From Octopus sinensis (Eukaryota): DNA of 64,000 bases. This document shows positions 1 through 13,244 of the stretch, piece after piece. The stretch lies in the NCBI RefSeq assembly GCF_006345805.1, contig NC_043006.1, positions 8,618,001-8,682,000 of the forward strand, given 5' to 3'. The notes under the pieces are model-generated. The model was not told the DNA's origin. It was given only the letters and a program-made list of their open reading frames with translations, and made no database searches. Every line of letters starts with the position of its first letter. Positions within the stretch are counted from its first letter, which is position 1. The position numbers were made by a program, and so were the translations under genes.

Positions 1-1959
1 ATGATGTTGATGATGATGATGATGATGATGAAGCGCAATAAATTGGTTTCCCTAACATAACAGATTTGTGCCTAAATAATAACAATAGACAATAAAGTCC
101 TTTACAAGCACAACCTATTGGTACGATAAAAGTGTATTTGAACTTCTCATACGGTCGAACAACTGATGTTGAAATACCGCCAAACATTGCTATTCTACTG
201 TTGACGCAGGTTGCCTACACAAACCCACAAAAAGCAATAACATCGCTTTTTGTTATAATTGATTGTTCGGCATCCTTTTGTGTAAATACTCTATGACTTC
301 TCTATTCGTATTTCTTCACTGTGAATGCTGATTTAAACTAAAAAAAAAAATACAGCCTATTAAAGCTGTTTAATTCTTTACTCAGATTGTTAAAAGAACA
401 ATCAATCAAATTTAAGTTTCTCTCACATGTCATGATTTCAACTGTCAATTGTTAGACATACCAGATTGAAAATCGAATAAACCAACTGACATATCTCTAT
501 AAAACTACTAGTGTTCAGTCTCAGATGATGCATTTCATCTGTTCGTCATTAATTGTAAGGCGGACAAACTTTAAGTAATAGTGAATGCTATTACGAGATG
601 CAAGAGTTAAGTTATCTGATAATTATGTTCAGAAAAAGTACTTTATTTGATATCTGTTTAAGAAAATTTTACATAAGCGGCATGGTATTCTTCATAATAA
701 CATGAATCTTACAGAACCTCATTTCTGACTTCTACAAATATATTTGTCATCGAAATAGCACAAAAGAATAAGTGCCAGCTCAATTTTAGAAACGGAAAAC
801 AGTAACTCAGCACTACGAGTATTGTATAAATTCTTTATTTATGTAAGATATGTTAGAAAACTTATGGATGCCCCAGGGTACGAGTTAACACGGACAAAAA
901 TTGCACGATAGGAGAACTATAAATTCTGTAAAAGGAGGGAGAACAGTCAAATAATTTTACCGCACAAAAATGCCCAGTCAAAATACCTGTGTCCAGTTAT
1001 CTTGGTATTAAGGGTGATATATATTTTTAAAATCGTTTTACTATAAAAAAACGTAAGCAACTCCAGCTTTTCGAGTTTTAACAGAAAAAAAACACAAGTT
1101 TGTTTAGTTTGTTTATATTAACGGATTTCTCATGTACACCCACGGCGTAAAATTTACTCACATACATCCACACGTTTACACACAGCTCACATGCATTATT
1201 TCCCCATACAACTCTTTTTGGGGGGCACTCTAAATCCAGCGGGTATAGTGTGATTTTTTTTTTATCAGAGTTAAAGGTTAATTACACCGACAGGGATGTT
1301 AAATCTTTCACTGTTATGTCAGATATTTCAGCCACTTCACAATAGGCACTTTCAATTTTCCTTCGATTGCAAAGTAAATACAATTTGCTACTAGTTAATA
1401 AAGTGATCAGGTATTATCATTATAATCCCATAGTGTGATGCACTTAGCAATTTTCCTGTTTTATTTACTACTTGTGCTATTCGTTTTTGTCTAGTTGACC
1501 ACAAATCAAGTAGTCTTACAATCATCTTGTTTACTGAATTATATCATCCAGTTTGTCATTTTGTTGTAGTATAAATCGATTCTTATTTCTAGCATGCCAA
1601 GCAAAAGCAGCTTTTTCTCTTTTTGTCGTGACAGATATTTGTATAGTTAAGCAATAAAATTGAACTATATGATTCAACTAGTGGTGAGAGGGAGAGGGAA
1701 ATATTTATTTCTAAATAAGAAAAATAAATCGGCGATATATGAAATGTATATTAACATAAGTTTATTTCTAATATAAAATTTATAAGAAATCGGATATTGA
1801 GATGAAAAGATCTCTCAGGTAATGTTAGACATTAAGGGGAATCTTCGATCCCAAACTCTTTCGTGGATTATCTATTTTGTTCCGCATCTTCATAGTTTAA
1901 ATGCAACCGGAGTGAGGTTTTACTTTCGATTTAATTGCTTTTCTCTTTTTTGGTCGAAG

Positions 1960-2240
1960 TCTTTCAACTCACTATATTATATATTGTATTTGGTTTTAAC
2001 ACGATCAAAGACTCCCTGATGAATTTTCAATCATCTTTACTGTTGATAATGATAATCAGGGCCTTTACCTTCTCTCTAATTCCAGATATATCGATTGATT
2101 TAGTAGTTGCCAGCAGATGAATTTACTTCGTTGAAGAGGATTCATAATGTAACATGTTCTTTGCTTTCAAAATTCCGTTTTAAAGGTACGATCCACTTTT
2201 ATCTTCATTGTCCAAAATTTTCCATCAGCCGATCTTATTA
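1960..2240 (-). pseudogene. Degenerate GIY-YIG endonuclease remnant, probably from a Penelope-like element
   Basis: Minus-strand frames with stops give DRTFKT..KEHV and SKDD*KFIRESLIVLKPN, resembling the RT(L/F)KTRxxEH and K(L/I)RESLLIxxxKPxLN motifs of PLE GIY-YIG domains. Judged by eye. Confidence 0.4.
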
Positions 2241-3770
2241 AAGTCAATTACCTTTCGAATATACTGAAGGTTATACGTAGAAGTCTGTGCGTGTGAGAGA
2301 GATTGTGTGTGTGTGTGTGTCTGTGAGTGTGTCTGCGTATTAATTCTACTAATTACTTCGAAAATATTGGAGGTCGATATACTGTTATACATGTGCAGTA
2401 CTACCATATCACATACACGCACACATAAAAACTCTCTCTCTCTCTCACTCTCTCACACACATACACATAGAAATATGCATATATATTTTATCCTGCATCG
2501 GTTCAAATGTAGGTTTTATTATCGCATATATATTTTCTCTTTCAGTATATGGTTTACCAAGTATTTCAATCATAAAGCAATTTTCCACGGTGATATATTG
2601 ATCCGATATAAATAAAAGGGAATAAAGATAAAGCACCAGTTATGAATATAATAACTATTACATTCGATACTATTCATGCCAACCAACATAAAGTATATTT
2701 GTTATATAAGTACTTATACAAATCTTAACTTATGGCCGAATCGCTTCATTTCTATCATTATTCGCAGTCACAACGCTAAAACCTGAAATCATATAGATTC
2801 TCATTTTAACTCTTCACGTGTATGATTTCTCTGTTACTATACATTTACAAACTAGAAATTTCTCTTATTTTCGCTTCATTTACCTCCAGGCTACCATTAT
2901 CTATCCATAATTTTACAGCTTTTATACTTGAGTAATCTCCAGAGAAGGATCTAAAGTAAAATGCAAGCTTCTAGCTAAACGATTCCTTGTTAAAGGAAAT
3001 TTCCCATACAAGTTCTCCTGATATCTTCGCTGGATAATGAATACCACACACTAATAAATGTATTTATATTGGCAGGAATTAATACTTCAATATCGCATTA
3101 TATAAATAACAACTTTGTTGGTTGCAAGTTACAACGGGTCAGTGACATTATATTTAGGAAGGTGAGTGTAGCATGTAAACTTCAGTTTAACTCAGGCAAA
3201 TCAACTACCAACAGATATTTGTGCGTACAGGCAAAAATATCCGTTCATTGCTTCTCACACTAGCGTTCACATTATTTCCTGATCCTAAACCGACAAAATA
3301 TGAACACAGACGGATATACATACCTTTAGATATATTTGCGTATACATGGTTGAGTGCATTTAAGTATATAAATATCTGAAGTTACACATATATAAGTGAC
3401 GAATTGGCAGGATATGTAGACTGCGAAATGCGGGAGTTATTAGTGCATCGAACGAATGTCTTTCAGGGTTAGTATGTTTTTCTGAGATTGAGCACTACCA
3501 AGGTCAAATTTGTCTTTCAATTTTATGGTGACGATACATGATTTACTACTATAGGAAGCTGGACTGGGCGACACGTTGAAATATCGCAAGGGAAACCTTG
3601 TGATGTTCGTTTTGGCTCTTTGTTCTGTGAGTTCAGCAGTATGCAGCAGGGTATGTGTATAGTAAGATTTATCCATCTTTCGGTTCAACACTCCCAAAAA
3701 GTGCCTGGGGTCTTTTAGCACATATAACTCCGTTGTAAGCATTTGGACCAATCCTACCGTCTGATGATCA

Positions 3771-3802
<32 letters not shown>

Positions 3803-6800
3803 TCCCCTTCCTTTCCAGCAGAATGAGAGGCATTTATTCACTTATCAATAGAATAATGAATTTAGAAATAAAGTTACGGCTATAGGTTAAGTAAAAATTT
3901 TAATTTCACTTAATGGATTTCAGTTAATTTGAAGCCAATTAATTTGAGAGTTACATTTCTCTCTAAATTCCGTGAGGTCTCTGAATTAAGCAGAGTAATT
4001 GCTTTTATTGCAAGTCTGCAAGAAAATATATTCGTGTAATATTCCGTATGAAGAACCGATCTGTATTGTACCACAGTAACTAGGAATATTTAACGACTAT
4101 CGAAAAAAATGGAGTATTCCAACTGTTTGCTGCTTGCTGAGAAAATTCTGAGGTGAGTGGTTTTAAGAAGTTAACGACGTATAATTTCCTTGCATAGCTA
4201 TAAGATTATTAAAGGCAAAAACATAACACTTTACAATTTCAATAATATATTCTGTGTGGCTCTTTAGGATACATGACATATCTGAGATGGCTATACACAT
4301 TCACTCTACCACATGCTACAAACACGGACAGATCAACTCTTGCTGTTGCAAGATGATACTTATAGAAGCTGTCGCATAATGCAATCGAAAAAGGAAATAC
4401 GTGGTTACAAAAGTAATTTTCTGAAGCACGTAATTAGACGTCTTTCCATCAATGTACATTTCTTTATTGTTTACTCTAAGATAACTTTCATTTTCATAGG
4501 ATAACATTATTGGTCCTCACTTCCATAGAAAAGAGAAAAGTGCAAGTGTACTGCAAGTATCCAAGTCAGTTTCAATATGTTTAACGCATTTCTCAAACCA
4601 CCTCTGACTTGTACATTAGCTTTTCACATTTCTCTGGACATCTCTCGAGGGAGAATTTACGTGACCAGTATTTCAACAAGAAGTAGCATTCAATTGCCCA
4701 TCAAGTCGAGCCGCATTTTGATCATCAAGCATCCACTTGAATGCTGGAGTTTTACGCAAATCTTCTTCAAATGCAATTGAAAAAATGTTATTTACATCAA
4801 GGTTGAACATCAGCACTACTACAAGCACCAAATCATCTATTCTCCCTGCCGTTTTAAGAAAATGTGTAATCACTGTATGTTTCACGAAGTTTACGTGAGT
4901 TCAATTAACAATACCTATAGGAACTGAATCGCCTATTTTACCTGTCGTTCTAAGAGAATGCATCATCATTGCAAGATTGACCACGGTTATATCAGTGTTC
5001 ACTGTTCTTGTTTTGCAGCTCCACAAAGAGTCTTCATAATTTAATTGCTTCAATAAGCATAGATTCTTCACGCAATGTTGCAATTCTTTAAATTTACGGA
5101 CATTTCCTAATTAATACATTTTCTAACTTGGCGCAACTGTTAGCAAATAATGTCATAGAAATGAAATTAATTAGGCATAATAGCAACTGACTAGACAACA
5201 ATGATTATGATTAATTATATTCCAGTTAATAAATGATAATTTCCAAGACTACAAATGTGGGGCATTTGAATAGTCAACTTAATAATCTTGAGTATATCAC
5301 TTGTACATTACTTTATTGACTGACAACACGTCCGACATACCTGTCATTGGCAGGATATGGAGAATGATGCACTGAAATATAGTTAGACGTACCTGTTATA
5401 GCTGTCTTCTTTTCTCATTAAGAAAAGACCGACTGCATATTCACGCACACCATGATTTTGAAGTGAACATCTTGAAGTTAAAATAGCCAAAGTACGGTGT
5501 TATCCATTATACATGTTAGCTAACGTGTTTCGTTTTACTTTCAATCGAAAGATAAGAAAGCAAATGGGGATGAAGGAAGATATATGTTAGATATCTCATG
5601 TACTTTCGGTATATTGTAAATTATCGCTCGATGTACATTTACTTAATGGATATTGAAATTCAGAGGAAGACCAATTTGCTCGCGAATATTCGTGTGTTCC
5701 GTAGCAAGAGTTCGGTCAATTGCTCCAAACCTACATTCAAGTAAGAACGTACCAGTCATTGGCTTCGGTATTCTACTTGGCCAAGTTTCCGTTTGGATGA
5801 CTATAATTTGAATTCAGTTACTATTGCTAACGTAGAATTATTTCAGTAGTAAATTTAATTGATGATTTACTAAGATTACTTTAAAAGAATCTTAGAATGT
5901 TTTGCATATGCATGAGTATATTTTGGATGAAAATGTAATGAAAATGCCCTTATGACCTGCTATATACCTATATCTGAAGACGAATATCAAAGCTAAGCTA
6001 AACAGTAATAAGCCATAGCATGCGTATTGAAAACTATTTATTGTACACTCCTGCGGTGATAAAAAATGCCTTAAGTATAAACTGGATTTGATTAAATTAA
6101 CTACGCTTATTATTTGCTAATTTAGGAAATTGTACCAATATTAGAAAATATTTTATTGCCATTAAAAATTACTAAAATTACAGAAATGAACTCCATTGAT
6201 ACACACTTTAGATAAATATAGATGCAAAATGGTATTGATTTTTTCTGAAAATCACATCTATATAAATGGTAAACATTAAGGATAATTACTCGTGTATTTA
6301 GATTTTTTCTTTGTTGTTGTTGTTGTGTAAGATACGACGATATATTGCGTTCCTAATAATGGAAATGGGTAATTTACAGCTACGGAAGCAGAAACCAAAA
6401 TTAATTGAGCAAGTAAGTGTAATAAATAATTATCATTAAAATGTCAATATTTTAACTTCGATGGTTAATTTTGACAAATAGGCGACATTTTGTTTTTAAA
6501 AATAGTCTCTTTTCCTATCTCTCTCACTCTCCACTCCCTCTCGATTTCTCTGTGTCTTTCTCTGTCTCTGTATGTCTGTATACCTCTCTCTATCTCTCTC
6601 TCTCTCGAAAAATGCTGCTTACCAAAATATATACCACAAGCAAAAACAGTACTGCAAATGCTGTTCGGGTAATAATTTTATTTTCATCCATAAGACCATC
6701 ACTTAACAGTACTTAACCGACAACGGTGTGATGAAGCGTAAAGGTTCAGCTCTGCTGTTTAGAAACTAAGCGTTAAGAGCGGAACAATTACTTCCAGATA

Positions 6801-6990
6801 TTTTTCCGATGATCAAATAATTATCTCAAAATCTTCAAAACTCTTATACTAGAAACAATATGACTAATGCAAATAGTTACTACATGAGGGTACAAACATA
6901 ACATTTAATTTAGATGCAGACAATAATCATGAAAGACAAGAGTTTCCTACTGTATTAAAATTTATTTTGTAAAGAAAAACAAATATAAAC

Positions 6991-7402
6991 GCAGGAATGG
7001 CTGTGGGGTAAGAAGCTTACTTTCCAAGCACATGGTTCTGCGTTCAGTATCACTGCATGGCACATGTCTTCTACTACAGTCTCGGGCTAACCGAAGCCTT
7101 CTGAGTGGATTTGGTAAACGGAAGATGAAAGAAATCCGTCTTATATATATATATATGTTTGTGCATGAGTCAGTGTGTGTGTTTATGTGTGTATGCGTGT
7201 ATGTGTCTCTGTTTGTCCCCCACCATTGCTTGGCAACCGGTGTTGGTTTATTTACGTCCCCGTAATTTGGCATTTGGGCAATAGATACCGAAAGAATAAG
7301 TACTAGGCTTAAACAAATTCATTCGACTAAAATACTTCAAGGTGGTACCACAACATGGCCGCAGCCTACTGGCTGAAACACTTAAGTGGATAATATAAAA
7401 GA
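6991..7402 (+). mobile_element. tRNA-derived SINE (family B, CR1-type 3' tail), diverged
   Basis: Head GGCTGTG.GGTAAGAAGC, internal TA/TG microsatellite and tail CATGGCCGCAG...CTGAAAC. Homologous to 28470-31072 and 51417-51828. Confidence 0.8.
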
Positions 7403-7492
7403 ATATGCATACATCTTGCAATTAAAATATTTTACGTACACACACACAAACGCGCGCGCACACACGCACATGCATACATACACACATACATG

Positions 7493-7526
<34 letters not shown>

Positions 7527-7527
<1 letters not shown>

Positions 7528-7843
7528 TATTTATTTATTTAGGCGCCCTTTTGAAACCTAGCCAGGCTCGTGGGCCCGGTTTCCCGGTTTCTGTGGCGTG
7601 TTTCCCCCACCTCAGCTGGACGGGACGCCAGTCCATCGCAGCGTTACTCAAGAAACAGGAAGAGAGAGTGAGAAAAAGTTGGGGCGAAAAAGTACAACAG
7701 GGGTCGCCACCACCCACTGCCGGATCCTCGTGGAGCTTTTAGGTGTTTTCGCTCATTAAAAACACAACGCTCAGTCTGGGAATCGAAACCGCGATCGTCC
7801 GACCTTGAGTTCGCTGCCGGAACCACTGGGCTATTGTGCCTAC
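7527..7843 (-). mobile_element. tRNA-derived SINE (family A), copy 1 of a local duplication
   Basis: Minus-strand A box TAGCCCAGTGG and B box GTTTCGATTCC. Body shared with 9079, 20255 and 26551. Confidence 0.85.
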
Positions 7844-7895
7844 ACACACACACACAGACACACAGACACACACATATATATACATATCAGGTGTA

Positions 7896-7926
<31 letters not shown>

Positions 7927-7928
7927 CT

Positions 7929-7966
<38 letters not shown>

Positions 7967-7983
7967 ATATATATATATATATA

Positions 7984-8300
7984 TTATTTATTTATTTAGG
8001 CGCCCTTTTGAAACCTAGCCAGGCTCGTGGGCCCGGTTTCCCGGTTTCTGTGGCGTGTTTCCCCCACCTCAGCTGGACGGGACGCCAGTCCATCGCAGCG
8101 TTACTCAAGAAACAGGAAGAGAGAGTGAGAAAAAGTTGGGGCGAAAAAGTACAACAGGGGTCGCCACCACCCACTGCCGGATCCTCGTGGAGCTTTTAGG
8201 TGTTTTCGCTCATTAAAAACACAACGCTCAGTCTGGGAATCGAAACCGCGATCGTCCGACCTTGAGTTCGCTGCCGGAACCACTGGGCTATTGTGCCTAC
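7984..8300 (-). mobile_element. tRNA-derived SINE (family A), copy 2 of a local duplication
   Basis: Identical to 7527-7843. Confidence 0.85.
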
Positions 8301-8352
8301 ACACACACACACAGACACACAGACACACACATATATATACATATCAGGTGTA

Positions 8353-8383
<31 letters not shown>

Positions 8384-8385
8384 CT

Positions 8386-8443
<58 letters not shown>

Positions 8444-9078
8444 CATATATATCAGGTGTACTCTTTAACACAAAATATATTCAGGTACAATGTGTAGCTA
8501 CAAATACCGATATTGCAAAATCACTAGAGTTTATGACTGCTTGACCTACACCAATTCTCTCGAGTTCATCATTGTCTTTCTTGTTTCCAGTGTTATTAAA
8601 ACTAATTGGCATTGAAGAACAGATAATAAGCAACGTTATAAGAGATTTGGATAAAATAATTCTGGTATTGTGCACCGACTCTTTACGTTTAAACACGGAC
8701 GGAAGAGGCGTCAAAACTTATCCGTATATAACTGACAAGATGGTGGTTTGTAAAAGATAACAAATGAAGTTACGAACAAACATTTTTTTGTACAGTCGGG
8801 AAAACCTACTTTGACATTTACATAGCTCTCTTGAAGTCCATGTAGGTCATTGGATGACCTAAAGGTCGTAGGAGCGGCGGGCCAGCAGTACATATTCAAG
8901 AGAATCGAAATGAGATTAATTAACAATAAAATATTGATTATACTCATTAGGTGACATCAGTGATTCATCAAACACATACTCACGCTCACACATACACGCA
9001 TATATACGCATCCGCACACAAACAGCCATACACACACATATATATTTATATAAGTGAGTGTGTGTAATATCTAAATAT

Positions 9079-9389
9079 CACTGTGATCACCGTGACCGAC
9101 TAGGCTATCGGATGTTGCTACACATCGCTGGTCACAATGCGTTTCGCATTGTTTTAAACATTTAAATGACGCCACCCCGCTGGCTAAGCGAGCAGGCCAA
9201 CAGAAGAAAGAGTGAGAGAAAGTTGCGGCGAAAGAGCACAGCAGGGATTGCCACCACCCCCTGCCGGAGCCTCGTGGAGCTTTAGGTGTTTTCGCTCAAT
9301 AAACACTCTCAATTCCTAGTCTAGGAATCGAAACCGTGATCCTATGAACGGGATCCGCTGCCCTAATCACTGGGCCATTACACCTCCAC
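9079..9389 (-). mobile_element. tRNA-derived SINE (family A) with 13-bp TSD
   Basis: tRNA-like head at the right end. TSD AATATCTAAATAT at 9066-9078 and 9390-9402. Confidence 0.9.
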
Positions 9390-9719
9390 AATATCTAAAT
9401 ATATATATACAAATATAATATTCTATATTAATATATATTATAAATATATAAAATATATCTTCGCATATTGTAAATATACACACAAAAACATGCACGCACA
9501 CACACACACACACACCAGCACACAAATATTAATTTTGCATTCCGATATACACCTTGTAGTGTGCTGTTTAAAGACTGTCCGCAGTATTCGGTTACCTTAT
9601 ATCATCAAAGGTCTGGATTATTTCAAGAATTCCTTTGTATCCTTAAAGGTTATATCAATATGAGTAACACATTGAAAATCACGAAACGTTTTACCCACTA
9701 CCCTCGTTTCGACACATTA

Positions 9720-9906
9720 TGCACCGGTACCTGACAGGTAAGATAGAGTACAAACAATTGTGGATCACCATAGGCGCACATGTGTCTCCTCAGGAGTCTA
9801 TACAAGGAAACGAGCGACCTTTTGATAACTCACTTGAGTAGATACATCTGCACACAAGGTGCACCACAAGTGTTTGTACAGATCTCACCTGCGAGGTACC
9901 GGTGCA
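9720..9906. mobile_element. Fold-back/MITE-like element with long imperfect terminal inverted repeats
   Basis: The left arm TGCACCGGTACCTGACAGGTAAGAT..GTACAAACA.TTGTGG matches the reverse complement of the right end. Pairing continues inward (GCACATGTGTCTCCTCAG vs the reverse complement of CTTGAGTAGATACATCTGC). Confidence 0.75.
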
Positions 9907-10573
9907 CGATGGGTCGAAAATAGTGAATAAAAATTCTCGTGAGTTTACTTTTCTTTCTCTCATACACGTACATACATACATACAAACATGCATACGGAAA
10001 TACATGCTTACATACATATATATGTATGTTTGTATGCATGTATGTATGTGTGCACTCTGTGAGTGGAACAGTAGAATTATGCAAGACTTTTCTCAAGTTC
10101 CAAATGTGAATATGTCTGTGTGTGTATAATCCAGAGGAATTTGTTCGTAGAGAAGACAGTAATCCTGAAATTGTTTAACGAAATACATGTCTGAAAATCC
10201 GAAAAGATTCGTAGAGTTTTTATAATTACACAACAAATATGGGGAGAGAGCAACTCACTACTACATCAATCTATACTTGTTTCATCTGAAATCTAAGCTT
10301 TCAATCATATTATATCATGTAATAATAAACACAATTCCTGCGATGATATTAAAATAATTAACTCACGCGCGTATGGTATGGTAATTTTGAAGTGGTTCCA
10401 TATGTTATTGCATACATACAGAAATGCATACTTACATATATATCTATATAAATCGATGTCTTTAGAATACATTCTCCCTTTGTATATGTGCTCTACCTGA
10501 CACATTTGGGGTCTCATTGACACCATAGTCTCTTATAATATCTATCTCTCCCTCCCCCTCCCTGAATATATAC

Positions 10574-10649
<76 letters not shown>

Positions 10650-10989
10650 GTGTGCACACACACACACACACACACGGATACAAGCTCAGACGGAGAACAT
10701 AAAAATATATATTTATATAGTAATAGAATGATAAAAAAAGAATGAATGAGCCCTCGATATTATACAAATATAGGAATTTATCTGTAATATAATATGTAAC
10801 AATCATTCGGTTGCAATAATAAAACTCAGAGTTTCGGATGTCGAGGCGGAAATCTGCTCCGGAAATCTGTCGGTTATTAAGACAAACAAAAATGCGTGGA
10901 TATATATTTTCCTCGAACTTTTTTTACCTCAAACTTTGTTTCTCGTACTTTTTTCTTCTTTACCTTTCTTCTTCTACCTCCATTTTTCC

Positions 10990-11235
10990 ACTTGTGTCGC
11001 CACCACTTACACCTACACAAACATACACCACCCTTTCAGTATGTGACCTCGTGAGTACCTCTGTCTCCCCTTCTCGGGATCTTTCTTTCTCCTATGTTTT
11101 CGACGAAGAGCTCCGCTCGAAACGTTACACCCTCCTTCTTCACTTCTTTCCCGAGCGTCCAATAATACTTTATTTCTTCCACGTCCTCGCGTTGTTGTGT
11201 GTGTTTTTTTTTTGTTTTCTTCTTTGGATTAACTT
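10990..11235 (+). mobile_element. PLE pseudo-LTR-like repeat with a degenerate hammerhead motif (~11094-11132)
   Basis: TCGACGA-A-GAGC-TCC-GCTC-GAAA-CGTT: stem II intact, palindromic AACGTT, but the core deviates from CUGANGA. Ends in a TA microsatellite. Confidence 0.55.
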
Positions 11236-11290
11236 TATATATATATATATATATATATGCAGGTGCCACATGGATATCATATATATATGC

Positions 11291-11333
<43 letters not shown>

Positions 11334-11999
11334 GGTGAGTACATAAATTCAAATCAGGGCGGAATAAATAGAACTCGGATAGCAAATGTAATGTGCTTTT
11401 ATTAAAGCAGCAAAGGTATCATAAAAATCAGAGTTTCAAGTTTCCGGTCATTGCACAGTTGTGTGAGTGTAAGGTGTGTGTGTGGGTGTTATCTGTAGGT
11501 GTTTTATGTGTGTGTTGTGTGCGTTGTGTGTATGTTGTGTGATGTGTGTGTGTGAGTGTGTGTCTGACTGTTTGTATTCATATACATTCTGAGCACCGGT
11601 GTGAATATTGATTTCTTTGTTTCACTTGTGGATGAGACGAATGAAAGATAATGTACTTTTAAAACGTCTGAGGTCTCATATATTGGAGACTCGCTGTTCA
11701 TTTATTATATGTTATTATATTTTATCTCTCAGAAAAAAAGATTTATGAATTTTTGCTGGACACTTATAACACACACCAACGAAAACAAAGAATATTTTAC
11801 ATTATATACCATTCGTCGTGAACTGGTGTGAACTTGTGGAAATATAATGATAATAAGAAATCTCAAACAGAGAAATTATTGTTTAGAGTTCGGGTACAAT
11901 AACGAACATTATTTAATGTTTTCTATGAATAAATAATACAGTGACAAATATGGAATTTAAATTATTTGTAAAATTGCAAATACAAAACAATAATTTTAC

Positions 12000-12134
12000 C
12001 TTGGTTTTTATAAAGTGTATGATTTCCGACTTTTAATCCTCTCATTTCAAACTGAGTCATCGTGACATCGGTAACTTCCACAGAATTTGAACCGTGGGCC
12101 CATATGTAGATTATATCATCCGTACTGTATCCAA
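12000..12134 (-). CDS. Internal coding exon of a Cys-loop ligand-gated ion channel, GABA-A/RDL/GRD-like subunit (region after the Cys loop, up to loop C)
   Basis: Acceptor ctttctttcag|, donor AAG|gtaaaa, 135 nt, phase 1 to phase 1. Open frame (F)GYSTDDIIYIWAHGSNSVEVTDVTMTQFEMRGLKVGNHTLYKNQ(G) matches the family pattern FGYxxxDxxYxW...SVxV...(L/M)xQF and the conserved exon boundaries ES-F|GY and xxG|xYS. Confidence 0.88.
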
Positions 12135-12407
12135 CTGAAAGAAAGTGTAAGTAGGTGTTGTAGAATATACATAAATGGAACAGGTATTAGTTTTTAATAC
12201 TGGGACAATTACAGCAATTTAGAAATGATGTGGTAAGTGGATTACATCACCCCTATGTGTGCATGCACTTATATATATTGCATATAAACATATATATATA
12301 TATACATATCTATATATATACCTGCTATATCCTACCTATATATATGTATATATATATATGCATATATGTATATATATAATATATATATATTATATAAGTT
12401 TAAAACA

Positions 12408-12599
12408 TTAAGGATAATCTCTTAATAAGGGATCTTAACAAGAAATTATCGGTAGCTAGCGTGAAAACCTCATAAAAGAAAAGAATCCGAAAATAATTTT
12501 TTCTTTTGAACAAATTAATATATCTATATTGTATAAAGGGCATTATTACACATAAATGCCTCACACTAGGAGGGACAAAGTCATTACTACCAAAAATTA
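12408..12599 (-). repeat. Inverted copy (192 bp) of the 3' part of the tandem unit
   Basis: Reverse complement of 12883-13074 and of the equivalent segment in each later unit. TTA microhomology at the inversion junction (12597-12599). Confidence 0.95.
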
Positions 12600-12771
12600 A
12601 TTGTTAAACTTATTCCGAAATACTTTTCATTACCCGACATGCAGTTCGTAAAAAGCCCGCCATTTACCGGATATATGATTTATGAACATTCCATGTGCTT
12701 GGCCGGAGTGAACAGTTGTCTGTTCGTCTTCGCTACATAAGGTTGGTTTATTTATGATGTATTCAGAATCA

Positions 12772-12829
12772 GTTCTGTGCTGACGATCATTAGACGCAAG
12801 TTGTATGTGAAATCACGGTGATACAGAAC
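12772..12829 (+). ncRNA. Type I hammerhead ribozyme motif, unit 1 (TG insertion in stem I)
   Basis: GTTCTG-TG-CTGACGA...GAAA-TCACGGTGA-TA-CAGAAC. Confidence 0.6.
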
Positions 12830-13244
12830 ATAATTCATTTTTAAATGTCTTGCTTGAAAACTGCATTTGGGTGTGATTAGTATAATTTTTGGTAGTAATG
12901 ACTTTGTCCCTCCTAGTGTGAGGCATTTATGTGTAATAATGCCCTTTATACAATATAGATATAATTAATTTGTTCAAAAGAAAAAATTATTTTCGGATTC
13001 TTTTCTTTTATGAGGTTTTCACGCTAGCTACCCGATAATTTCTTGTTAAGATCCCTTATTAAGATTATCCTTAATTGTTAAACTTATTCCGAAATACTTT
13101 TCATTACCCGACATGCAGTTCGTAAAAAGCCCGCCATTTACCGGATATATGATTTATAACATTCCATGTGCTTGGCCGGAGTGAACAGTTGTCTGTTCGT
13201 CTTCGCTACATAAGGTTGGTTTATTTATGATGTATTCAGAATCA

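Larger units (their letters stand above)
7520..8440. repeat. Direct tandem duplication, period 457 bp (SINE plus CA/CT/TA microsatellites)
   Basis: AGGCGCCCTTTTG occurs at 7541 and 7998, identical ORFs are offset by 457, and a third stub ATATCAGGTGTACTCT lies at ~8449. Confidence 0.95.

Noticed and set aside
3076-3650. Two plus-strand segments with good splice signals (3076-3161, 3555-3650)
   Set aside because: Short, with no recognisable homology and no consistent continuation. Cannot be supported without RNA data.
4560-5110. Coding-like stretch with 60-70-aa ORFs; faint resemblance to a hAT transposase or to an M4 helix (RIDD...FN)
   Set aside because: Motif spacing is wrong for M4 and the hAT similarity is too weak by eye.
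8481-8947. Two abutting minus-strand ORFs, the first with a hydrophobic N-terminus
   Set aside because: No homology recognised, and hydrophobic starts are common in AT-rich DNA.
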